Source: an uncultured Thermoleophilia bacterium (GTDB lineage: Bacteria > Actinomycetota > Thermoleophilia > UBA2241). Taken from it: a stretch of 64,000 nt of DNA. The position numbers and the translations under genes are program-made. The DNA is taken from NCBI GenBank assembly GCA_963702475.1, contig CAVPCT010000005.1, forward strand, positions 1,020,011 to 1,084,010, given 5' to 3'. Each line of letters begins with the position of its first letter. The first letter of the stretch is position 1. The notes beneath the pieces are model-generated. The model made no database searches, had not been told where the DNA came from, and saw only the letters and a list, made by a program, of their open reading frames with translations. Of the stretch, positions 42,717 through 53,881 are shown in pieces.

Positions 42717-42938
42717 AGAGACGTGCCTCCCCGCGCGATCTGCCTTCGGCGGCTGCCTGCCGCAGCCAGACGGATATCGCTCTCTCTTGTCGTCGACGGG
42801 AACGTCCAGCGGCTGGCGGAGGAATCCTCGACACGCTACATGCTCGCCCGATCCACTCAAGAAAGAACGCGGCCCGTCCGAATGGTATTGGGGGCCTGCC
42901 GAGAGGCAAGCGAAGCGGCATTCAGCGAGGTCATGGGC

Positions 42939-43902
42939 ATGAACGTCTTGGTCGTCGGCGGGGCAGGCTATGTGGGCGGGGCTCTGGTGGACATGCTTCT
43001 CCAGACGCAGCATTCGACCAGAGTCTACGACGCACTCCTGTACGAGGAGTCGTATCGAAAGCCAGTCGACTTCGTGTACGGGGACATCCGCGACACGGAG
43101 ACGCTCGAGCCTCATGTGAAGTGGGCCGACGCCGTGGTCTGGCTCGCTGCCCTCGTTGGCGACGGGGCATGTGCCCTCAATCCGGACGTCAGTCTGGAGA
43201 TCAACGACCGGAGCGTCAAATGGCTGCAGCGAGCACTTCGACGGACGCATCGTCCTCATGTCCACCTGTTCCGTCTACGGCGCCCAGGATGCGACGCTCG
43301 ACGAGACCGCGCCGACAGACCCACTCTCGGTCTACGCCGTCACCAAGCTCGCCGCCGAGAAGCATCTCGAGGGCAAGGACGCCCTCATCTTCCGGTTGGG
43401 GACGCTGTTCGGCGTGGGGGACAACTACTCGCGGATTCGCCTCGACCTCGTCGTCAACACGCTCACCGTGCGCGCGCACAACACCGGACGCATCAGCGTG
43501 TTCGGAGGGGATCAGTTCCGCCCGCTCTTGCATGTGGGGGACGCGGCGCAGGCCGTCGTCGAAGGCCTCGAGCGCGCCGAGGCCGGCGTCTTCAACCTCC
43601 ACCGCCAGAACGTGCGGATCATCGACTTGGCCTACCAGATCCGCAACCACTTCCCGGACATGGTGATCGAGAGGACGGACGTCGTCTTCCAGGATCTGCG
43701 CAACTACCGGGTGAGCAGCGACAAGGCTCGCGATCTGCTGGGCTTCAGGCCCGAACGCAGCATCGATCAGGGTATCGAAGAGGTGAAGGAGCTCCTCGAG
43801 GCGAACCGAATCACCGATTTCGAGAACCCCCGGTACACCAACCAGATGTTCCTCTCCATGTTCAACACGCACACCCAGTACCGGTCGAAGGTCACCCAGT
43901 GA
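42939..43902 (+). CDS. NAD-dependent epimerase/dehydratase
   Basis: GGAGYVG, STCSVYG, YAVTK and RLDLVVN motifs; frameshift near 43225. Confidence 0.85.
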
Positions 43903-44356
43903 CCGCACCCGGAACGGAGGATGCGCCGAGACTGATCGAGGGTGGGCTCGCGGTTGATGACCGTGGGTCCGTGGCATTCGTCAACGGTTTTGACTTCGCC
44001 GGCGTCAAGCGCTTCTACCTGGTCTCCAACCATCGCGCAGGATTCGTCCGCGCGTGGCACGCTCATCGTCGCGAGGCCAAGTACGTGACCGCCGTGCAGG
44101 GTGCTGCGATCGTGGGAGCCGTCCGCATCGACGACTGGGACGCTCCGTCTCGCGACGCCCGGTCTACCGTTTCGTCTTGTCGGCGGCGAAGCCGTCAGTG
44201 CTCTTCATCCCAGAAGGCTTCGCCAACGGGTTCATGACCACTTCGGAGGACGCGAAGCTTGCCTTCTTCTCCACGCGGACGCTCGAGGAGAGTCTCGACG
44301 ACGACGTCCGCTTCGAGGCGCGGTACTGGGACCCCTGGACGGTGGAGGAGCGGTGA
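43899..44356 (+). CDS. Cupin sugar 3,5-epimerase (RmlC/WxcM-like)
   Basis: DDRG, VRAWHAHRRE.K and IPEGFANGF motifs; frameshift near 44160. Confidence 0.8.
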
Positions 44357-45273
44357 TGCGCGTCGTCGTCCTCGGCGCCAGCGGCATGCTGGGGTCCATG
44401 GTAGTGGACGTTCTCAGCTCGGACGGCGCGTTCGAAGTCGTGGGTACGGTGCGCTCGACAGGACTCGCCGACGCGTGTCGAGAGAGGATCTCCGGTGCCG
44501 AGTGGAGGGTCTTCGACGCAGGCGAGGACGACGCCGCCCTACGAAGGGTGCTAGATGGGTCCGACTTGGTGATCAACGCCGTCGGCGTCACCAAGCCCTA
44601 CATACGCGACGACCACCCTGCTGAGGTCGAGGCGGCCATCAACGTGAACGCCTGTTTCCCCTTCCGCCTGGCTCGGGAGTCGGCTTCCGTTGGCGCGCGA
44701 GTCCTGCAGATCGCGACTGACTGCGTGTACTCCGGCTCATCGGGCTGCTACGTGGAGAGCGATGCACACGACGCACTCGACGTCTACGGCAAGACGAAGA
44801 GCCTGGGCGAAGCCGCGCTTCCGCACGTTCATCTTCTGCGCTGCTCGATCATCGGACCGGAGCCGAAGACCTACGCCTTCCTGCTGGAATGGCTTCGTCG
44901 CCAGCCGCGGAATGCGACGCTGACGGGCTTCGTCGATCATCTCTGGAACGGGGTGACGACCTTGACCTTCGCGCGCTTGTGCGCTGCGGTGGCACGAGGA
45001 GCAGTCACGCCCCGTCTCCAGCACATCATCCCGGCGGATGACGTCACGAAGGCGGACCTGCTTGCGGACATCGCGCAGTCCTACGGGAGGGGTGACCTCC
45101 ACATCGAGCGTGCACCCGCCCCCTATCCCTCAGATCGCAGGTTGCGTACTGACCACCCCGAAGCGCTTCGTGAGCTCTGGGCTGCTGCGGGCTACGGTGC
45201 GGCACCGTCCGTCGCCCAAATGGTCAGGGAGGTCGCCGCCTATCGATTCCGACTGTCTGGATTGACGCAGTGA
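44356..45273 (+). CDS. RmlD-like sugar-nucleotide 4-reductase
   Basis: LGASGMLG, TDCVYSG, YGKTK and R.SIIG motifs. Confidence 0.85.
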   Translation: MRVVVLGASGMLGSMVVDVLSSDGAFEVVGTVRSTGLADACRERISGAEWRVFDAGEDDAALRRVLDGSDLVINAVGVTKPYIRDDHPAEVEAAINVNACFPFRLARESASVGARVLQIATDCVYSGSSGCYVESDAHDALDVYGKTKSLGEAALPHVHLLRCSIIGPEPKTYAFLLEWLRRQPRNATLTGFVDHLWNGVTTLTFARLCAAVARGAVTPRLQHIIPADDVTKADLLADIAQSYGRGDLHIERAPAPYPSDRRLRTDHPEALRELWAAAGYGAAPSVAQMVREVAAYRFRLSGLTQ

Positions 45274-46355
45274 AGGTGATGACCATCCTGGGCACGCGCC
45301 CGGAGATCATCCGGCTCTGTCTGGTGATCGGCAGACTCGACGCGCTCTGCACGCAGATCGTCGTGAACACCGGCCAGAACTACGACCTGAACCTGAGCGC
45401 CGTGTTCTTCGACGAACTCGGTGTCCGTGCTCCGGACTATGAACTCGGCGCTCGGGGCAGCTTCGGGGAGCAGATCGGCACGATCCTGTCCGGGGCAGAG
45501 CGGGTCATGCGTTCCGAGCAGCCGGACCGATTCCTCGTGCTCGGGGACACCAACAGCAGCCTTGCCGCGATCATGGCGAAGCGCCTGGGCATACCTGTCT
45601 ACCACATGGAGGCGGGCAACCGGTGCTACGACGAGACCGTCCCAGAGGAGGTCAACCGCAGGATCATCGACCACTCGAGCACCGTCCTTCTGCCCTACAC
45701 GGAACGAAGCCGACAGAATCTCCTCCGTGAAGGCATCCCCGGAGACCGCATCTACGTGACGGGCAATCCCATCAACGAGGTGCTCAAGCATTTCGAGCCG
45801 AGTGTCAAGAAGAGTCAGGTGCATCGCCGGCTGGGAGTCACGCCGCAAGACTACTTCCTCGCAACCCTCCATCGGGCGGAAACGGTCGATGACGACGAGA
45901 GGCTCGTGAGTGTCGTGGACAGCCTGAAGGCAGCTTCCGCTGAGTACGGACTCACGGTCCTCTGGAGCGTCCACCCGCACACCCGCAAACGACTGGCTTC
46001 ACTCGGCATCGAGGAGGGCGACTTGACGGGAGTCGTCTGCCTCGCGCCCCTCGGCCTGTTCGATTTCATCGCCCTCGAGAAGTCGGCGCGCTGCGTGCTG
46101 ACCGACAGCGGCACTGTGCAGGAGGAATGCTCCATCTTCCGTGTGCCGAGCGTGACGCTCCGCGATGTGACGGAGCGACCCGAGACGATAGAGGCCGGCT
46201 CCAACATGCTTGCCGGGGTCCGACCGCACGACGTCCTCCGTGCCATGGCGGTCGTGCTGTCGAGCACGCACGACTGGGACCCGCCGTCGGGCTACCTGGA
46301 TGATGACGTCTCGGCTACGGTCACGAAGATAGTGCTGGCCAAGGAGCCTCGGTAG
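45270..46355 (+). CDS. wecB: Non-hydrolysing UDP-HexNAc 2-epimerase (FnlC/WbjD/Cap5G-like)
   Basis: GTRPEIIRL, TGQNYD, GDTNS, HMEAGNRC and TDSGTVQEE motifs. Confidence 0.92.
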   Translation: MKVMTILGTRPEIIRLCLVIGRLDALCTQIVVNTGQNYDLNLSAVFFDELGVRAPDYELGARGSFGEQIGTILSGAERVMRSEQPDRFLVLGDTNSSLAAIMAKRLGIPVYHMEAGNRCYDETVPEEVNRRIIDHSSTVLLPYTERSRQNLLREGIPGDRIYVTGNPINEVLKHFEPSVKKSQVHRRLGVTPQDYFLATLHRAETVDDDERLVSVVDSLKAASAEYGLTVLWSVHPHTRKRLASLGIEEGDLTGVVCLAPLGLFDFIALEKSARCVLTDSGTVQEECSIFRVPSVTLRDVTERPETIEAGSNMLAGVRPHDVLRAMAVVLSSTHDWDPPSGYLDDDVSATVTKIVLAKEPR

Positions 46356-46450
46356 AGCACGACTCTGTCGCAGACAGCTGGGAACCCGTGCACGGAGTGC
46401 TCAGGCGCTCCGAGTCGCAGACCGGCGACAGCGACGGGCGCGCCACCGCC

Positions 46451-47691
46451 TCAGGTTCCGGGTCCCCACAGAGCGTTCTCACCCCGCTCCGGGGGGATGT
46501 CGCCCATGAGGGGCTCGCGTGCGTCGTCAGGGCGAGCGGGCGGCGTACGTTCAGCGTGCCCCCCCGTGCTCGTGACGCGCTTGTAGATCAGGATGGTCTC
46601 TTGAGTAATCGAATCCCAATCGTATTGGGACGCAATGCGGGACGCAGCGAGACTCGCATCCCTCTTGAGCTCGTCGGCTGCGGCGAGGCACTGGAGTAGC
46701 TTGTCACGCAAGTCACCGACGTCGCCCGCCTTGAAGGTCCTGCCCATCTGCCCCAGCACTTCGCAGTTGGGAGGAATGTCGCTCGCCAAGATCGGAACCC
46801 CGTAGCCCAAAGCCTCAAGGAGCACGATGGGGAGACCTTCGAGATCCGAGGGGAGGACGAACAGGGTCGCGTTGCGAAAGAGCGAGGCGAGCCTCGCGCC
46901 GTAGACGTTGCCCGGGAACTTGACGGCACTCCCGCCAGGCATTGCCTTGATCCGCTTGACGTAACTCGGTGTGAAGCCGGAGTCGCCGGCCATGACGAGC
47001 GGTTGCGGCTCTCCAGCCTCCTCCCAAGCCTCGATGAGATAGTGGCAGCCCTTCTCGGGGACCAGCCGCGAGGCGAACAGGATGTACTTGCCACGCTCCA
47101 CACCCAATTCGGAGAGAATCGATTCGTCGGACTCCTTGATGAGGTCGACGCCATTGGGAACGAAATCGACATGGCGTCCATACCGCTGGCTGAGCGCGGC
47201 GGTCAGTGTCTCGGAAACGCAAATCGTCGCATTCGGGACACGAACAGCCAGCCACTCGCCGCAGCGCAGTGCGAAGCTCGCGAAGCCCCCCCATTTCGGC
47301 CTCAGCGCATCTTGGCCGTGGACAGTGACGACCACCGCTTGACGGCAGAGGCGCGGTATCCAACAGAACAAAGCGGGACCAACGGCGTGGTAGTGCACGA
47401 TATCGGCATGGCTCGCAAGGGCGTGAGCGGTGCAGAGCACCACGTGACTCACTGCGTCCAGATGTTTCGTGGCGATTGAAGGCACGCGTACCAGGCGAAC
47501 GCCGCGGTAGTACGCTGAACGATGGGGGGTTTGGGGTCTCCGAGCCTTGCGCCGATCGTAGTGCGGCCGTCGTGTAGACGGTCACCTCATGTCCACGTTC
47601 AACAAGCCGGACCGACAGCTCCTCGACATGCCGCTCGACGCCCCCGTACGTGGCGGGGATGCCCTTCTGGCCGATCATGGCGATCTCTCAT
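46451..47691 (-). CDS. GT4 glycosyltransferase
   Basis: MIGQKGIPATYGGVERHVEEL, RLVPEKG and EGLPIVLLEA motifs; frameshifts in the 5' part. Confidence 0.88.
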
Positions 47692-48910
47692 GCCACGGCT
47701 CGCAGCGCGAGGTCGTACGTATGCGTCAGCGCCTCGATGTGGCGAACCGGTGAGAACACCTCGGCGACACGATCTCGGGCCGCGGCGCCCATCTTGCCAG
47801 CTCTGGCTTTGTCTGCGGTGAGGGCTCTGAGGGCGGCGGCCAACGAAGTCTGCCACACCGGGCTCGACGAGCAGACCATCGACGCCGTCGCGAACGAGCT
47901 CAGGGATGCCGCCAATGGCGGATGCGACGACCGGGGTGCCGCACGCCATGGGTTCTAGCACCGAGAGAGGCGCGTTCTCGTAGCAGATGGAAGGTACGAC
48001 GGCCACGGCGGCTGCAGAAAGGAGTTCCGAGACTCGGGAGGGGGACACCCTGCCCAGCAGTTTGACCCTCCCGTTGGCCCGCTCCTTGAGGTACGGCATG
48101 AGGGGACCGTCCCCGGCGATGGTCAGCGGGAGACCGGTGATCTCCGCCGCTTCAAGGAGCACGTCGAGACCCTTCTCCGGGGACAGCCTGCCGACGAACA
48201 GCAGCCCAGATCCTCCAATGGACGGAGGCTGCACGGGCACAGCGTTCGCGATGACGTCGATCGGCCGCGAGCACAACCCGGCGCGCCGCAACTGGTCGGC
48301 GAGGAAGCGACTCGGGCTCACGTATCTCGTGACGAGCTGCACGCTGCGCAGCACCGAGTTGCGGAAGAAGGATTCGGCGACCGCGAGCCCGCTGAGAGCC
48401 AGACTGCCGCGCACACAGCGGCGACGAACGCCAGTCCAGGGAGCAGAGAGATTGCAGAGCGGAGGCTCGCAAAGGGCGCCATCGCCCCGCAGCAACACAT
48501 TCGAGCAACAGAAGGCGTGGAAGTCGTGCATCGTCTGGACTACTGGGATGCCCCGCTCTCGTGCCGCCACCAGGAGCGACGACGACAGCTGCCGGTGGAT
48601 CCCGTGCACGTGGACGATATCGGGGCGGAAGTCGAGCAATAGGCGAGTGAATCGCACGGCTGCGTCACGACTGTAGAACATCCGAGCCGCAGCACGCAGC
48701 TCCTGCGCAGCCACTCAGCTTCGCGCCTGCGCCCAGTTCAAGATACGGCGCGAAGTAGTCGCTCCACGCAGATGGCTCGTTCAGGGGATGTTGCGTCGAG
48801 AAGTGCGCGATCTGGTGCCCGGCGCTCTCGAGCCATGAGATCTCATCGAACATGACGCGCTCGAGTCCACCGCGATGGTACCAGAACTTGTTGGCGACGA
48901 GGATGCGCAA
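47688..48910 (-). CDS. GT4 glycosyltransferase
   Basis: ANKFWYHRGG, VGRLSPEKG and YENAPLSVLE motifs; frameshifts near 48715 and 47850. Confidence 0.88.
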
Positions 48911-48921
48911 GGACGACCCGG

Positions 48922-49878
48922 TCAGACGCGAGGGAGCGAGCCCGACAACTTCGCCCGCACGACCCACGCGGCCGGCACACGCAGATGTCGCTTCATGGCC
49001 GGCGATACGGAGCCGATCATCCAGCAGTTCTTGTCGCAGGCCGCCACCTTGCTGCGCACGCTGGCGGCCTCGGGGCTCGCCCAGATCGCCTCGAAGGGGC
49101 GCTCCTTCAGCGAGCCCATGCTCTCGTCCATCGCGTTGCAGGCCTTCACGTCGCCGAACGGGTCCACGAAGAAGAGATCGGTGCCCACGCCGCAGGGCAG
49201 CAGGCGCCGGTTGCCGCGCACGTAGTTGGCCAGTCCCATGTTGAACCACGCGCGGAACCAGTTCTTCGGTCGTCTGGTCTGCAGCAGCCGGTAGGCAAGC
49301 TTCTCGAGGTTCCCGCCGACGCGCTCGGGATCGCTGATCACGTTGTCGTACTTGTGGAAGTAGTAGCTGTTGTGCACCGCCGCCGTGGCGAACTCCACGC
49401 CCATTGCGTCGGCGAGCTCGTACAGCTCCAGGAGGTCGTCGGCGTTGCGGTCCGACAGCGTGATGCCGAAGCCGATGTCCCGAACGCCTATGGCGCGCAA
49501 CTGCAGCAGCGTGCGCAAGCCGTGGTCGAACCCGTCTTTCAGGCCCCGCAGCTCATCGTTCGCCGCCGGCAGGCCCTCGAGGCTGATGCGGAAGCCGAGC
49601 GTGCGATGCCGTCTCGCGAGTCTGAGCACCCGGTCGGTGAAGTAGCCGTTGGTGCTGACCACAACGCGGTCGGCCTTCTTCGCGATCACGGCAACGACGT
49701 CATCGATATCGGCGCGCAGGAAGGGTTCTCCGCCCGTGATATTGGCGAACGATAGCCGGGGCAGCGATTCCAGATGGCGAGGCTGCACCTCGTCCTCAGT
49801 CCGCGACGGGTGCTGCCACGTGTTGCACATTGCGCACCGGGCGTTGCAGCGGTACGTGACGGCTATGAGGCCTTCCAT
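48922..49878 (-). CDS. Radical SAM protein with SPASM/Twitch domain
   Basis: CNARCAMC (CxxxCxxC), TGGEPF, STNG and PCGVG...GDVKAC...CDKNC; GAGGAGG RBS. Confidence 0.92.
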   Translation of the reverse strand: MEGLIAVTYRCNARCAMCNTWQHPSRTEDEVQPRHLESLPRLSFANITGGEPFLRADIDDVVAVIAKKADRVVVSTNGYFTDRVLRLARRHRTLGFRISLEGLPAANDELRGLKDGFDHGLRTLLQLRAIGVRDIGFGITLSDRNADDLLELYELADAMGVEFATAAVHNSYYFHKYDNVISDPERVGGNLEKLAYRLLQTRRPKNWFRAWFNMGLANYVRGNRRLLPCGVGTDLFFVDPFGDVKACNAMDESMGSLKERPFEAIWASPEAASVRSKVAACDKNCWMIGSVSPAMKRHLRVPAAWVVRAKLSGSLPRV

Positions 49879-49989
49879 CGATCCTCCTCGACGGGCTCCG
49901 GCCCGACTCCAAGCTCACGGCGACGTCGTATACGCCTCCGGGGTGTCCGCTACGTGACCACGCGCCGCACAGGCGTTGTCAGCTACTTG

Positions 49990-51576
49990 TCAGTACGCCC
50001 CGCGCCTCTCCAGCACCGCCGTTACCGTCTGCAGCAGCAGCTTGATGTCCCAGCTCAAGCTCCAGCCGGTGACGTACATGTAGTCGAGCTTGACCATCTC
50101 GTCGAAGGGGATGTCGCTGCGCCCCAGGACCTGCCAGAGGCCGGTCATGCCGGGCGTGATGTCGAGACGCCTCTGCGTCCATCCGCGGCACTGCTTGGCC
50201 TCCTCGACCCAGAGTGGGCGCGGACCGACGAGGCTCATCTCGCCCTTCATGACGTTGATGATCTGGGGCACCTCATCGACGCTCCAGCGGCGCAGCCAGC
50301 AGCCGACGCGCGTCACGCGTGGGTCCTCGTGGATCTTGAACATGGGGCCGTCGTAGTCGTTCCGGTCGACGAGCTCTTCGCGCAGGCGCTCAGCTCCCAC
50401 CCCCATGGAGCGGAACTTGTACATGAGGAAGGTCTTCCCGCCGCGTCCCATGCGCTCCTGGTGGAAGAAGACGGGACCGCGCGAATCGAGCTTGATGATC
50501 AGCGCGACGACACCCATCGGGAGCAGCGCGACAAGGAAGAACATACCGCCGACCACGAGGTCGAAGGCGCGCTTCACACCCATGTTGAAGCGGCTCAGCT
50601 CGACGTGGCCCACGTCAAGCAGCGGGATGCCCTCGATGTCGTCCACCAGGGCCCGCGAGCTGACGACCTCGAACAGCCGCGGCACGATATTCACCTGCAC
50701 GCCCGCGTCGGTGCACGCGCGCACCACGTGCAGGAAGTCGTTGTGCCGCGCCTTCGAGAACGCCACAATAACGCGGTCCACGCCTTTCTCTTCCACGACG
50801 CGCTTGAGATCGGCGAGAGCGCCGACTACCGGTACCCGCGGTCCCCCCTGCCCGTTGCGCCGCGGCTCGCCGTCGTCAAGGAAGCCGACCAGCCTGATGT
50901 GGTAGTCCGGGTGCTTGCCGATCTTCGCGGCGATGGTGTGGCCAACCTCGCCGGCGCCGACGATGAGCACGCGCTCCTGGAACGATGGGCGAGACCAGAG
51001 CAGCAGCCGGCTGACCCAGCGAGCGAGGGGCACGAGGAAGATGGCGACGGCCCAGACCGCGATCAGGGCGCCCACCGGCGCCTCGCCGCCCTCCGACAGG
51101 GTAAGGCCGATGAGCATCGCCCAGGCCGCCGCGGTGAGTGCAGTCAGGCCGCCGAGGCCCTCCGTGAGGTTCATGCCAGCGATACTGCGCCCGGGATCGC
51201 GGTACATGCCGAAGGCCCAGAGAGCCGCCAGCCAGACCGGCGTCAGCAAGATGAACAGAAAGGCGCCGCCGAGAGGCTCGGCCTCGAAGGGAGCGGTGAG
51301 CCGTCCCAGCACCGGAAGGCCGTCAAGCGCACCAGCCAGCCACACCGAAAGCGCTGACGCGATAGCGACAGCCACGGCATCCGCCCCGACCGTCACCAGT
51401 ACCCGCAGGCGAGCCGGATTCCTCCCCGCCCACTCGCGCCCCCCGGCGACGGATCGAGCGCCGCCACCAGCATGGTCGGCTTGCTCGTCTCTGGAAGCTC
51501 CAATTGCCATGTCACCAGTATCGGCAACGTTTTCGGGCAGCATGAGGGAAGAATCGTCTAGTCTCGAGACTGCCAC
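49990..51576 (-). CDS. Priming polyprenyl glycosylphosphotransferase (WcaJ/CpsE-like)
   Basis: N-terminal TMs, IVGAG, KRAFD, KFRSM, DEVPQ..NV.KGEMSLVGPRP and PGMTGLWQV motifs. Confidence 0.95.
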   Translation of the reverse strand: MAVSRLDDSSLMLPENVADTGDMAIGASRDEQADHAGGGARSVAGGREWAGRNPARLRVLVTVGADAVAVAIASALSVWLAGALDGLPVLGRLTAPFEAEPLGGAFLFILLTPVWLAALWAFGMYRDPGRSIAGMNLTEGLGGLTALTAAAWAMLIGLTLSEGGEAPVGALIAVWAVAIFLVPLARWVSRLLLWSRPSFQERVLIVGAGEVGHTIAAKIGKHPDYHIRLVGFLDDGEPRRNGQGGPRVPVVGALADLKRVVEEKGVDRVIVAFSKARHNDFLHVVRACTDAGVQVNIVPRLFEVVSSRALVDDIEGIPLLDVGHVELSRFNMGVKRAFDLVVGGMFFLVALLPMGVVALIIKLDSRGPVFFHQERMGRGGKTFLMYKFRSMGVGAERLREELVDRNDYDGPMFKIHEDPRVTRVGCWLRRWSVDEVPQIINVMKGEMSLVGPRPLWVEEAKQCRGWTQRRLDITPGMTGLWQVLGRSDIPFDEMVKLDYMYVTGWSLSWDIKLLLQTVTAVLERRGAY

Positions 51577-51626
51577 GTGCCCCCCTCACCTCGCGTGTCT
51601 GCGCGCCCCGCACCCGCCGGCACCGC

Positions 51627-51637
51627 AATCCTACCCA
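51627..51637 (-). promoter_or_regulatory. Putative -10 promoter element (TGGGTAGGATT)
   Basis: About 50 bp upstream of the priming transferase; identical to 8759..8769. Confidence 0.4.
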
Positions 51638-51728
51638 CTCGCGGGCGCATCAGTCTCGTACTTCGCTTGCAGGAGGCTTGGTCGACAGGCCTGGAAGAGA
51701 GCCCGCGCCCCGGGCGCGCCGCGGCGGC

Positions 51729-52506
51729 TCAGCCGAGGATGATCTCGAACGCCTCGATCGCCGCGGCCCGGCCGCCCTCTGCGGTGATGAGGGCGGCGTC
51801 CAGGCGCACGGGACCGTCCGCGACCTCGAACATCGCCGGCAGCTCGGTGAGGAAGCGGCGCACGATGATGTCGGTGCGCACCCCGATCACCGACTCGAGC
51901 GGGCCGGTCATGCCGACGTCGGTCATGTAGGCAGTGCCGCCCGGCAGCACGCGCGCGTCCGAGGTTTGGACGTGCGTGTGCGTGCCCAGCACCGCCGTCA
52001 CACGCCCGTCCAGGTAGTGCCCCATGGCCACCTTCTCGCTTGTGGCCTCGGCATGCAGGTCGACGATGACGGTGTCGGCGAGCCGGTGGGCCTCGTCCAC
52101 GAGGCCGTCGACGATGCGGAACGGAGAGAGGCCGGTGTTCATGAAGAGCTCGCCGGCGAGGTTGATCACCGCTACCGGCGTGCCGTCCGCGGCAGGGCGC
52201 ACGGTGAGGCCCCTACCCGGTGAGTCCGGCGGGGTAGTTGGCCGGCCGCAGGATGCGCTCGTCGCTCGCCAGGAAGGAGTAGACCTCCTTCTGCCGCCAC
52301 ACGTGGTTGCCGGTGGTGATGACGTCCACGCCACCGTTGAGCAGCTTGAGGGCGATCTTGGACGTGATGCCGGCGCCGTTGGCCGCGTTCTCGCCGTTGG
52401 CGACGACGAAGTCGACAGCGTGCTCGTGACGGTACGCCGGCAGCCACCTGAGGAGCGCGTCACGGCCGGGCTGGCCGAACACGTCGCCGACGAAGAGGAT
52501 GTTCAC
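51729..52506 (-). CDS. ymdB: YmdB-family metallophosphoesterase (TIGR00282)
   Basis: GDVFG.PG, NGEN, TGNH, RPAN, HAEATSEK, GTHTHV and TDVGMTG motifs; frameshift near 52215. Confidence 0.93.
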
Positions 52507-52619
52507 GTGTACCGCCCTATCTGATGGCTACCGACCGCCCCGCCGGGCCGCGCGCCCGGGGCACAGAGTATAGCGGGATGTCGGTCGCAGAGGGCCGGAG
52601 AGGACTCGCGGCCGCACCT

Positions 52620-53548
52620 TCAGCCAGCGAGGCTCTCGTGCGTTCTCATGATCCCGACATCGAACGGCACCGATGGTTCGTACCCAAGCCGGGATCTGGC
52701 GCGGTCGATGTTGGCGAAGGAGTGCTTGACGTCGCCCGGCCGCGGCGGCCCGAAGCGCGGCTGCAACGACCGGCCGGTAGCCTTCTCGACGGCGGCGATC
52801 AGGTCGAGGACCGAGTAGGAGGCCCGCACCCGATGTTGAGCACGGAGCCGTTCGCCTGCGGCGCCTCGGCGGCGAGCAGCGTCGCGCTCACGACGTTCGC
52901 GACGTAGGTGAAGTCGCGAGTCTGGGTACCGTCGCCGCAGACGGTGACCTGGCGCCCCTCGGACGCAAGGCGAAGGAAGAGAGCGATCACGCCGCTGTAC
53001 TGCGAGTCGGGGTCCTGGCGCGGCCCAAAGACGTTGAAGTAGCGCAGCGCGACCGTCTCGAGTCCGTAGACTGCGTTGAAGGCCATGGCGAACTGCTCGG
53101 CCGCCAGCTTGGACACCCCGTAGGGTGAGATGGGGTGCGGGATGAGTTCCTCGTGCTTCGGCAAGAAGTCGTTGGCGCCATAGACGGAGGACGACGAGGC
53201 CACCACCACCCGCCGCACTTCCCGGTCACGGGCGGCGAGCAGCACATTGAGCGTCCCAGTGACGTTGACCTCTGTGGTCGTGAGCGGGTCCTGCACGGAG
53301 CGCGGCACCGACGGGAGCGCGGCGAGGTGGATCACCACATCGACACCCTTCACGGCGGTGTTGGCGCGTTCGTAGCTGCGCACGTCGCCCTCGACCAGCT
53401 CGACGTCCTCGGCGAAGTGGGCGATGTTCTGCCGTCGCCCCGTGGAGAAGTTGTCGAGCACCTTCACCGTGTGCCCGCGGGCGAGGAGCTCGTCGACGAC
53501 GTGCGAGCCGATGAACCCGCCGCCGCCGGTGACCAAGTACCTCTCCAC
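52620..53548 (-). CDS. NAD-dependent UDP-HexNAc 4-epimerase (WbpP-like)
   Basis: VTGGGGFIGS, LPSVPRSVQDP, YGVSK and YFNVFGPRQDP motifs; frameshift near 52820. Confidence 0.9.
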
Positions 53549-53604
53549 TACGCCTGACCCCCCATCCCGCCGCGCATCGCCCCCGCACCGCGGCGTCGGC
53601 AGCG

Positions 53605-53610
53605 ATTATA
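53605..53610 (-). promoter_or_regulatory. Putative -10 element TATAAT
   Basis: Consensus hexamer in GC-rich DNA about 57 bp upstream of the 53548 start. Confidence 0.45.
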
Positions 53611-53659
53611 CGCGGTGAGACAGCCACCCACCGCGTAGACCGACGTTGCCGCGCCGGCC

Positions 53660-53830
53660 TTCCAAAGGCTGATGAAGACGGCGCCTTGCACCGCATCGAC
53701 TTCGCCTCCGCTGATCGCGATCACGCGGTCTGCGCGAATGAATGTGAAACCACCATCACAGAGCCATCGGGTGCAACGCTCGAAGGGTGCCGGACGGGGA
53801 GTGTGGAACGAGATGAAGTCCTCAGCGACG
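53660..53830 (-). pseudogene. Possible polysaccharide-deacetylase N-terminal remnant
   Basis: SFHTP...FE...WL...GFTFI...GAVFISL, ending just before the expected DDG motif. Confidence 0.35.
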
Positions 53831-53881
53831 GCCGTGCCGCAGAGTCCCCCTCGCTGAGATCGACTTGCCCGCTGCTTGCTT

